A program made the translations under genes and the position numbers. From positions 9,115 to 73,114 of IMG/VR virus record IMGVR_UViG_3300006874_000013: a DNA stretch of 64,000 bases. One strand, given 5' to 3'. The notes under the pieces are model-generated. The model was given only the letters and a program-made list of their open reading frames with translations. It had not been told where the DNA came from and made no database searches. Below are positions 39,932-48,187 of the stretch, one piece after another (position 1 is the stretch's first letter; each line of letters starts with the position of its first letter). This stretch comes from a virus.

Positions 39932-42900
39932 TAGTAACTACTGCCTCCACTTGAACTTGAACCTGTGCCAGTGCCAGACGAAGTATCAGAACTGCTACTG
40001 CTTATCGTGGTGTCTGATGTTTTATAATTTCCGTGATAGTATGTCACACCATTTGGCATATAGAAAGTTTGCCCAAAGAATGTATGCATATGAGTTGTAC
40101 CGTTACCTGCTAATTCAGCAACTTCTTTTGATGAGTACAATGGATAGTAACCTTCGATTGCATATGGTCCTGCTTCTTTGTTTGCGTTTGCATATTTACT
40201 ACCTACATTGACTTCTTCCTGTAAGTCGTTATTACTTAATGTTTTACTGTCCAATCTACTGATAATTTCGATATCATTTACAGTGGCAGTACTCAAGAAT
40301 AATTCGTTGGGTTCAGACTTAACTTGGAACATTTCGCCAAACTTGCCTGTGCTGTTTTGTGGCATGATAACAATACTACCAATCGCACTTCCTAACTGCT
40401 GGTGTATATATGTACTCAATTCTGTGAAGTAGAATGTTTCACCAAACTCCCAATTTTTCACATTGAAGTATTGATTGATTACAGAAATTATTCTAGTTTT
40501 TAATTCATTGTCACTGAATTGATCTGACAATTTGATAACTCTAAATTTTGCTCTTAATTTACTATTGGCTTTGTTACCAAATAATAATTTGAATTTTGCA
40601 CTTCTAAATACTAGACTATCTGTTGCATTCTTATAATCATTTAATTTTTCAAATTCTATGCCTAACTGATTGCTTGTAGGCTCTAATGGAAATTCTGTAT
40701 TTTGTCTATTTTGCCATTTGAGAACTTCTTCGTAGTATGTTGTTGTAAGCATGACCATTTCTATAATGTTACTGATGCTTGGATCAATTCTCACATCACC
40801 GGGTGCAATATGATTCCATTTAATAATGGCATTCTCTTTAATAGGTGCTAGATTGTTTTGAGTTTGACCTCTGCCTGGCCTTGTAAAATAATCTGCGGCC
40901 TCTATTAATTTTGTTTCGGTGATAGATGTGCCAATTGGTGTAACTTGATACGTTTTATCATCATCTAACACATAAATTATCAAACCAGACGCATTGGATT
41001 TGTTTTCAAATTCTAGTGCTAATGCTTTTGTTTTAACAACAATCCAATCTAAAGTATTAAGAGTATACTGCCTATTGAAACTGCCTGGAGACAGAATGTT
41101 TCTACTGTTTGAAATATCTAGTACAGTTTCATCTCGTAGATCTACTATGTTGCCTACAAATGGTCTATTGTATCTATAACCGTCAAAGTCATTATAATAC
41201 TCAAAATACACCAAGTCTGTTTTGTCAGCAAACTCAGAAAATTGTAAAGGATAGTCTGGTACTAAATCACCATCAGTGTCTATTGGTGCAACTTTGATTT
41301 TCCTAGCATCAATATATCCGTCTGCTTCTTTGAATACATCTACAACGTCCCAAACAATCGGTCTATCCAATTTATCTCTGTTATTTTCATAATAGACATT
41401 TAATTTGTCGTTGCTGATATTACCACTGGTGTCTGACATATACAGATAATCTGAATTTTGTAAATTAGTATATCGCAATGTACCTGTTCTTGTTACTGAA
41501 TCCCATTTGGTAAAAAGTATTCTACCAAAATTATCTGCAATGGCATTTCCATTTTTATCTGTTGCTTGTGGTGATGTAGCACCTAAGTTTGCTTGGACAA
41601 ATTGCTCAGTTGATAATGAACCGTTTTCTTGTAACTGCTTATACATAATAAATGCAACTGTACCTGAATCGTCTACAATATCAGAGCCAAATGTGGTTGC
41701 ATTAAATGATATGTCTATGTATGATGGCATGGAACTAATTTTACCTGTATTAGATTGAATAACAACATTAGTTTCCGATGACACACCGCCTGAACTGCTA
41801 AATGTGTTCAAAGGAACCACAGCATCATTTACAAATAAATCTCTATCTCTGTAACTTTGTGGGGTGGCACCAACATCAGTTCTTAAAATACCAAAATTAC
41901 TTACCCAAGAAACGTTAACATCTTCCCAGGTAGTATCTCTGGTTCTCAACGGTATTTCTACCAATCTACCACGTGGTACAGTTGAAACTCCAATTGTTTC
42001 GTTTTGCCACGCACTGCCTGTCCAACTGAATGTTTCAGTTTCGCCCGGCCTAGTATTCACTGTAGTAAAGATTACACTATCACGTTTACTTCTGTTGTTG
42101 GAATCTAATACTTTAATACTTTTTGTGTTGTAAAATTTGAGATCGCTTTTGCTTTGAACAACATAATCAAAACCTCTTGTTGTTAATGTGTATTTGTAAG
42201 TATTGTTATCAACAGCAGAATACTCCATAAACAATAGCCAACTGTTTGTTCCTCTGTAATTATTGTCTATGCTAAAAGCATTAGTTTTTGTATCTGTAGA
42301 GATATTTGCTGAGCTAATCACGTACCAAGAATCTTTTAATAAATCATAACCTAAAGCAAACGATTCTTCTGCTTTAATTTTATCTACGATCGTTGTTGCT
42401 TCAGTTGTAGAAAATTGTTTTCTCAATGAAGGTATAACTTCTATGAGTCTGTATCCTGTTGGTACATCTTCACTTAGTGTCCAAGGACCAGTTCCTGTGG
42501 ACAATGCACTAGACAATGCTCCGTTGTTAGAAATTTTAATGGCTCGTGCCCAAACAACTTGTGCTGTGTCATTTGGATTTACAAATTTTAAGAAACAATT
42601 TTCTTTCAAAGGCAATAATTTATTACCATGCGTATTGTAAGTTTCTGATCCTATAGTAGGATTGTTTGTGAGCACATCAACAGAACCAGTAGAGAACTGC
42701 TCAGTTAAATATCCTGTTGTGCCTTTTGCTTTGGATGGTTGTGTGTTCCACAACACATTATCTGCTACAGTATATTTGAATGTGTTTACACTGCCATTTG
42801 CAGTAGGGTCAGTATAAATGTTTCTCATAGAGTAGTAAACAAAATTATTTAATGATAATGTTTTTAATTTGTTTGTTAAAATACTTGCTGTAATTTCCAC

Positions 42901-44412
42901 AGGTGTTGAAGTATCGTTAACAAAAATTTGTTCACTTTCAGTTGCGTCATCTATATACAAGAACGCATCGTTGGCAAATGTTTCAACACTTTTATATGCT
43001 CCAGTAGGATCGTTGATATCAATGTATCTACTGTGTCCGCTGTGAGTTCTGTTGATTGCCTTCATTTTAGTAATGTTTGTGCTTTGACTTTGTGGGAACA
43101 CATTATAGTCTTGTGCTGACACCATTCTATTTTGTGTATAGAATACCTGTGGTGCTCTTTCTTTGATAGCCGCTAAACTTTCTGCAGGTGTACTATTTCT
43201 AATAACCTCCATTAAATCGAATGTAATTGTCAAACCAAAGTTTTTACCATCTTCGTTTTTGTACGGTATTGTGATTGATTTATTTTTTGCATCATTTGGT
43301 TTGATAACATATCTAGTAGGGGAACTTATTCTATGCCATAATCTAAATACACCGTTTGGAATGTTTGCAAAGTTTCCATCGCTGAATCTAAGAGTAATTC
43401 CTGCTGTGCCTTTATTTTCTATTGCGTATAGATTACGTGTGTTCAACGATGAACTAGTGTAATTTAATGTCTGCCCAATTGTGTTTGGAATTTTTGTCCA
43501 TTTATTTTTAACAGAGCCGTTTGCATTGATTTCTTGCAAGTAAACATCATCTTCATTGATATCAATTTTAGATATTGTTTCTTGTCTATTTTCAACTGGT
43601 GTAGTAAAATTAAAATCTTGTGACTGTAAATCACCTTGCTTTATCATTACAAAAAAACCAGTATCCTTACTGTTAAGACCTTTACTGTCATTTCTATAAA
43701 TCATATGGAAAGGATTTGTAGGGTCTGGGTGCCTCTCATAAAATTGATCGTTGTCTTTGAGATCTGGATTAATTACATTGAAGTTTCTTTTCACACCATT
43801 TACTGAGATAGGAATGTTGTATGTTATAGGTGCATTCAATGCAGTATTTAATTGATACAGTTCTGAAGGAATGTCATTGATTGTGCCTTCTTTCACAGGT
43901 GCCGAAAACCTATTTGTTTTACTCATAGCACTGTTTAAGATTGTTATAAATTGTTCGTAACTTTGACCGTTATTAACATCGTCCCAATAAATTGTTCTAC
44001 CTGATAAGTTAGTACCTAAACTGTCTGTAATAGGCTCGTTTGTTCTAACGCTGGTAACTTTCATTAGTCCACTTGCGGCAATGTTTCTTTTAGGATTGTA
44101 TCCTAACATACGTGCAAGTTTGAAAACAGAATCTCTACTTTCAGCAGTTTCTAAAAAGTTTTCTCTGCTGTTAAGATCCATTCTGAAAGAAAGTGATTGT
44201 GAAAGGTATGCTAACAGATCAATGATGGCAATAAATTCTGAACTGTCAATGTAATCATTGAAATTTTCAGGATAATTTTTCCTAATGTAATCTACTAAAG
44301 AACTTCTTATAGTATCAAAGTCGTATGCTTGAAAGTTAATTTTAGTATATGCTTTATATGCAACTTTCCAATCTTCTGCCGCAAATAAATTATTTTGTCT
44401 ATTAATAGCCAT
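39931..44412 (-). CDS. gp6: Baseplate wedge subunit, T4 gp6-like (1493 aa, with insertions)
   Basis: YDFDTIRSSL...ENFNDYIDSSEFIAIIDLLAY...RENFLETAE...LARMLGY; ESLAAIKERAP...QNRMVSAQDY. Confidence 0.85.
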   Translation of the reverse strand: MAINRQNNLFAAEDWKVAYKAYTKINFQAYDFDTIRSSLVDYIRKNYPENFNDYIDSSEFIAIIDLLAYLSQSLSFRMDLNSRENFLETAESRDSVFKLARMLGYNPKRNIAASGLMKVTSVRTNEPITDSLGTNLSGRTIYWDDVNNGQSYEQFITILNSAMSKTNRFSAPVKEGTINDIPSELYQLNTALNAPITYNIPISVNGVKRNFNVINPDLKDNDQFYERHPDPTNPFHMIYRNDSKGLNSKDTGFFVMIKQGDLQSQDFNFTTPVENRQETISKIDINEDDVYLQEINANGSVKNKWTKIPNTIGQTLNYTSSSLNTRNLYAIENKGTAGITLRFSDGNFANIPNGVFRLWHRISSPTRYVIKPNDAKNKSITIPYKNEDGKNFGLTITFDLMEVIRNSTPAESLAAIKERAPQVFYTQNRMVSAQDYNVFPQSQSTNITKMKAINRTHSGHSRYIDINDPTGAYKSVETFANDAFLYIDDATESEQIFVNDTSTPVEITASILTNKLKTLSLNNFVYYSMRNIYTDPTANGSVNTFKYTVADNVLWNTQPSKAKGTTGYLTEQFSTGSVDVLTNNPTIGSETYNTHGNKLLPLKENCFLKFVNPNDTAQVVWARAIKISNNGALSSALSTGTGPWTLSEDVPTGYRLIEVIPSLRKQFSTTEATTIVDKIKAEESFALGYDLLKDSWYVISSANISTDTKTNAFSIDNNYRGTNSWLLFMEYSAVDNNTYKYTLTTRGFDYVVQSKSDLKFYNTKSIKVLDSNNRSKRDSVIFTTVNTRPGETETFSWTGSAWQNETIGVSTVPRGRLVEIPLRTRDTTWEDVNVSWVSNFGILRTDVGATPQSYRDRDLFVNDAVVPLNTFSSSGGVSSETNVVIQSNTGKISSMPSYIDISFNATTFGSDIVDDSGTVAFIMYKQLQENGSLSTEQFVQANLGATSPQATDKNGNAIADNFGRILFTKWDSVTRTGTLRYTNLQNSDYLYMSDTSGNISNDKLNVYYENNRDKLDRPIVWDVVDVFKEADGYIDARKIKVAPIDTDGDLVPDYPLQFSEFADKTDLVYFEYYNDFDGYRYNRPFVGNIVDLRDETVLDISNSRNILSPGSFNRQYTLNTLDWIVVKTKALALEFENKSNASGLIIYVLDDDKTYQVTPIGTSITETKLIEAADYFTRPGRGQTQNNLAPIKENAIIKWNHIAPGDVRIDPSISNIIEMVMLTTTYYEEVLKWQNRQNTEFPLEPTSNQLGIEFEKLNDYKNATDSLVFRSAKFKLLFGNKANSKLRAKFRVIKLSDQFSDNELKTRIISVINQYFNVKNWEFGETFYFTELSTYIHQQLGSAIGSIVIMPQNSTGKFGEMFQVKSEPNELFLSTATVNDIEIISRLDSKTLSNNDLQEEVNVGSKYANANKEAGPYAIEGYYPLYSSKEVAELAGNGTTHMHTFFGQTFYMPNGVTYYHGNYKTSDTTISSSSSDTSSGTGTGSSSSGGSSY

Positions 44413-44780
44413 TACAATCCTTCCGAAATATTTCTTATATACTCAACATAAAGTGAATCTGTGGTATTCTGAGGCACGAATGTAAATTCAATTTCGGCAC
44501 GAATTACATGGTCAAGCACTATAACATTGAGTGTTTTAATCTTTGCTCTAGGATCTCTATTAAAAATTTTTTCTATATCCTCTTCAACTTCTTTTTGTAA
44601 CTTTGTTGTGCTAGGCTCCATTAAAAGATCCCATATAATAGAACCAAAAGTTGGATTCATTACTCTTTCGCCTTTGCGAGTATAAAGTTCATTCAATAAA
44701 TCACGTTTTACCAATTCAGAACCTGTCAACGTAAAAGGTGCTGAATTTTCTACTGTGCTGAATCCTACGAAGTTTACCAT
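44412..44780 (-). CDS. gp25: Baseplate wedge subunit, gp25/GPW family
   Basis: LVKRDLLNELYTRKGERVMNPTFGSIIWDLLMEP...DPR. Confidence 0.9.
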   Translation of the reverse strand: MVNFVGFSTVENSAPFTLTGSELVKRDLLNELYTRKGERVMNPTFGSIIWDLLMEPSTTKLQKEVEEDIEKIFNRDPRAKIKTLNVIVLDHVIRAEIEFTFVPQNTTDSLYVEYIRNISEGL

Positions 44781-44785
44781 ACAAG

Positions 44786-44817
44786 TATTTATCTAATTTA
44801 TTAAAACTAGTTTTAAT
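44786..44817 (-). promoter_or_regulatory. Late promoter GATAAATA with upstream perfect 18-bp palindrome ATTAAAACTAGTTTTAAT
   Basis: Read directly: palindrome 44800-44817, 6-nt spacer, octamer 44786-44793, 5 nt to ATG. Confidence 0.7.
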
Positions 44818-44829
44818 TACCAAAAACAC

Positions 44830-44858
44830 TTGACAATACTTCTAGAGTGTGCTTAAAT
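44830..44858 (+). promoter_or_regulatory. Sigma70-like early promoter
   Basis: TTGACA-17 nt-TTAAAT upstream of ORF 44914. Confidence 0.55.
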
Positions 44859-44913
44859 ACATACAAGCACTGCAAAGTGTGAAACCCTAAACCCACAGAA
44901 AGAGGATGCTTAA

Positions 44914-45159
44914 ATGCGTCGGTTAGCAAAAAAGTTCAGAGATATTTGGGCTGTGGCTGAGCAACGTAACAAACAAGAGTCGGGCAGATTCCATCAAATT
45001 TATGAAACCAAAAAAGGCTTTGTAGAGATGGGCATTTACGACTACAAAACCAAAAAGTTTGTTACGTTCAACACTGTTAATCTAGTAGGCAACTACAGAT
45101 ATGATGGTGTTGACTTTCCAACTGAATTTTCGGAGATGGAAAATTTAGTGCTGTCATAA
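44914..45159 (+). CDS. Hypothetical protein (81 aa), independent transcription unit
   Basis: GAGGA RBS, own promoter and terminator. Confidence 0.8.
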   Translation: MRRLAKKFRDIWAVAEQRNKQESGRFHQIYETKKGFVEMGIYDYKTKKFVTFNTVNLVGNYRYDGVDFPTEFSEMENLVLS

Positions 45160-45160
45160 T

Positions 45161-45190
45161 AAAAAAGAGGGGTTTGACCCCTCTTTTTTT
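45161..45190. terminator. Bidirectional rho-independent terminator
   Basis: AAAAAAGAGGGG-tttga-CCCCTCTTTTTTT. Confidence 0.9.
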
Positions 45191-45211
45191 ATAAAAGTGT
45201 AAATATTTACT

Positions 45212-45385
45212 ATGTCAAATCATGAAGACTCTAATGCAGAAATCTATCGTCGACAAATTTTAGCACTTGAGGATACTATAAAGTTATTGAAAAGAAATCT
45301 ATTGGAAGAAAGCAAATTGAAATATGATGCCTACAAACGCATCGGAGAATTGACTTCTACTAGATCTTCGTTGAATCAAAACTAA
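45212..45385 (+). CDS. Small coiled-coil protein (57 aa, MSNHEDSNAEIYRRQILALEDTIKLLKRNLLEESKLKYDAYKRIGEL...)
   Basis: Manual translation; TGTAAATA 6 nt upstream; heptad pattern. Confidence 0.6.
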   Translation: MSNHEDSNAEIYRRQILALEDTIKLLKRNLLEESKLKYDAYKRIGELTSTRSSLNQN

Positions 45386-48179
45386 AGTTTCTAAAGGCCG
45401 CTTTAATTTCGTTTATGGTTTGAGGAGCACCAAACGCCGCATTTGGATCTCCTTGGAACTTCATTTTGTGAAAATCTTGTCTCTTGTAATATAAATCTTC
45501 AGCAAGTTCGCCAAGTGGTGCGCCACCACGTGGATAATCTCTGGTAAGCCCAATACCCTGTTCATCTGATGTTTGGAATACTTCTGCTTCGTATGCTCTC
45601 ATTTGCACTAACGTTTCTTGTTTTTCCATATCGCCACCTGGGGTGCTTGGTGCCATAGTCCAACCTTTCATGAGATAAGGAACAATTTCAAATTTTTCTT
45701 CATTAATTGCTCTCAGTACATTGCTGTTCAAAAATCTTTCTGGGCCAATGTGATGTGCAAAACTTGTTACTGCTAAACGTTGATTATTGCTCAGTGGAGT
45801 TTTTACAGCATGTTTAACACTTTCAAAAGATTTATTCATATCGCCAATAAAACCAACTGTTTCGCCTATAGGACCTAAGCCATTTGAGAAATCAACAATT
45901 TGAAAACCGTTAGCATCTTCAAATATAAATCCTCCAGCATCTTGTATCATTGAAATACCTTGTGCTTCTAATGCATTAGCAAATCCTTTTACGTCTGTGA
46001 TAACACCATTGATGTCTGCAAATTGAGATTTAATGTTGTTAATCTCTCCCATTAATTCTTGTACTTGCCCTTCAAGTAAATCAACAGGTATGCCGGCTTC
46101 AAGTGCAAATGCTCTTAGCCTTGCTTCAATCTCAGTTAAATTTTTAGCCATACCAATCACTTTTTCTAGTTCAGGATTTGAAACTGCAAATCTAACTGGT
46201 GGCAACATTGCTTTGAATGCCGCGGTCATTTCATCCAATCCTGTGATCTGTAAAAGTTGATCTTTGGCCATTTCCTTGAATTCGTTATATACAGCGGCAA
46301 GTCCAGCAAAGGTTGGGATACTGTTTAATAAAGCATTGCCTGCTCCTGCAATTTGACTTGCGGCACTAACTGCTTGATCTGCGGCTCCAGTAATACTGTT
46401 TTGTAAGTCTGTTACAGTTTTTCCAGCAGAATCTACTGCACCCATAGCAACTTGTGTACCACTTGGGGTTTGAACATCACTGCCTTTGCCTGTGGTAGGG
46501 TCAACAGTGCCTTCACCTTGTGTAGCATTTTCCACTTTTTCATAAGCGGCCTTGACTGCTTCGTTTTGTGTGTCTATTGCTAGGTCACTAGGTATAAGTT
46601 GATTCTTTTCAGGATCGTAATTGTAATGCATATCAGGCTCTGGGCCTGGCAGTCTTGTTAATGTTGTTAAAATCTCATGCACCGTGCCAGTACGTTTACC
46701 ACCAGTAGTAAGTGGTGCAGTGGAATCTCTATCAAATTCTGGTGCATCTTCTGGTGCTAGTTTCTTTTTGCCTTTTGCGGTTTCACTGGCTGGTCTTGCA
46801 TACGGAGGTACAGGTGGAGTAGGTGTACTTGCAAAACTGTTCAAATTCATAACAAGAGCATCAGCATTAAATGCCAATCCACCAAACATATTAACAGCAC
46901 CTGCTATCACATCAAATCCGATACCCGATAACATTGTAACTCTGCCTGCCATACATACAACTTCAAAGTTACCTGTACCAGTAGACATAGAATTAGCGCC
47001 TGTTGTTACCAAAGTAGAACCACCACTGTTTATATTGACATCACCAGTACTGGCTGTTAAGTATGAGTTTCTACTGGAATTAAAATGCATGTCACTGGCA
47101 GAGTCTAATTTAATTTCACCACCTGTGCCCAGTGGTCCTGTAATGTCTCCTGCTATGCCTTGTATAACAGCACCACCTGGTGCTCGTTGTCCGGCTATGT
47201 TGTCACCTAATGCAGTTACATGTACGTTTTGCCCTGCTTCTAAATTTAAGTTGTATTCTGCACGTAAGTTTAAGTCTCCCATAGATCTGATATTGATACT
47301 GTTCTCACCAAATATATCAATTTGTCCATTGTTTTTGAACTCCATTTTTGCGGAGCCTTTTTGATTAATTATAAATATCGAACCAGTGGTATCATCGAGC
47401 AAAAGTTGTGCGCCGCCACCGGACCTTATTCTGATAATTCTGCTGTCCTTGTGATCATCCATTATGAACTGATGACCTGAAGCTCTAACGTTAGATTTTT
47501 TGCCGGGCTGTGTTAAATCTCCGCCGCCGCTTTTAAGCAATCGTCCTGGTGTTAGTATACCAAATACTTCACTGGGTGCTTCACGTCTTGAACCCGAACT
47601 GCCAAATCCCCTAATAGGATCTAGTGCCAGCCCTTGCTTGACCACTGCTTCTGATAAATCAAACTCAATGGGTCTCGGTCTATCGTTTGATGTGGGCTTG
47701 CCTTCTTTGGGACTTATTTCTGTAGTAGGTAATGATACACTGCTGTCGGCATATGATACAGCCGCTGGTTGTCCTGGAATACTGTTTGAAAATTTTCCTG
47801 GAAAAACACATGATAATATTAAACCAAATTTTGAATCACCGTCACCAAATGCCACAACAACATGGTTGCCAATATCAGGTGGTTGCATCCAAAATCCATA
47901 GGATTGTATAGCACCTTCTGGGTCTTCTATGTCGTCGCTGAGATTTGCATATCGTGTTGTACCTGCAAACGGAGAGCACCATAAGCATTGCACAATCTGA
48001 GAGCTTCTACTTTGAGTTGCTGGAATTCTCACTGCAATCGCATGTTCGAATGCTTCGTCAAGATTGTCTTCGATGATTCCCAGTGCAATGTTTTTAGGAA
48101 CACCAAGACGCTCTCTGAAATCTCTTATATTTACGATTTCATTGATGTCTCTATTTAATGTTCTAGTTGTCTGCGACAT
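45360..48179 (-). CDS. gp5: Baseplate hub/central spike, gp5/VgrG-like, with degenerate GH24 lysozyme-like C-terminal domain
   Basis: OB-fold SYGFWMQPPDIGNHVVVAF; GHQFIMDD...IRIRSGGGAQLLLDD; beta-helix repeats; C-terminal PLSNNQRLAVTSFAHHIG...LVQMRAYEAEVF. Confidence 0.8.
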   Translation of the reverse strand: MSQTTRTLNRDINEIVNIRDFRERLGVPKNIALGIIEDNLDEAFEHAIAVRIPATQSRSSQIVQCLWCSPFAGTTRYANLSDDIEDPEGAIQSYGFWMQPPDIGNHVVVAFGDGDSKFGLILSCVFPGKFSNSIPGQPAAVSYADSSVSLPTTEISPKEGKPTSNDRPRPIEFDLSEAVVKQGLALDPIRGFGSSGSRREAPSEVFGILTPGRLLKSGGGDLTQPGKKSNVRASGHQFIMDDHKDSRIIRIRSGGGAQLLLDDTTGSIFIINQKGSAKMEFKNNGQIDIFGENSINIRSMGDLNLRAEYNLNLEAGQNVHVTALGDNIAGQRAPGGAVIQGIAGDITGPLGTGGEIKLDSASDMHFNSSRNSYLTASTGDVNINSGGSTLVTTGANSMSTGTGNFEVVCMAGRVTMLSGIGFDVIAGAVNMFGGLAFNADALVMNLNSFASTPTPPVPPYARPASETAKGKKKLAPEDAPEFDRDSTAPLTTGGKRTGTVHEILTTLTRLPGPEPDMHYNYDPEKNQLIPSDLAIDTQNEAVKAAYEKVENATQGEGTVDPTTGKGSDVQTPSGTQVAMGAVDSAGKTVTDLQNSITGAADQAVSAASQIAGAGNALLNSIPTFAGLAAVYNEFKEMAKDQLLQITGLDEMTAAFKAMLPPVRFAVSNPELEKVIGMAKNLTEIEARLRAFALEAGIPVDLLEGQVQELMGEINNIKSQFADINGVITDVKGFANALEAQGISMIQDAGGFIFEDANGFQIVDFSNGLGPIGETVGFIGDMNKSFESVKHAVKTPLSNNQRLAVTSFAHHIGPERFLNSNVLRAINEEKFEIVPYLMKGWTMAPSTPGGDMEKQETLVQMRAYEAEVFQTSDEQGIGLTRDYPRGGAPLGELAEDLYYKRQDFHKMKFQGDPNAAFGAPQTINEIKAAFRNFSFDSTKI

Positions 48180-48187
48180 GTTGTTCC

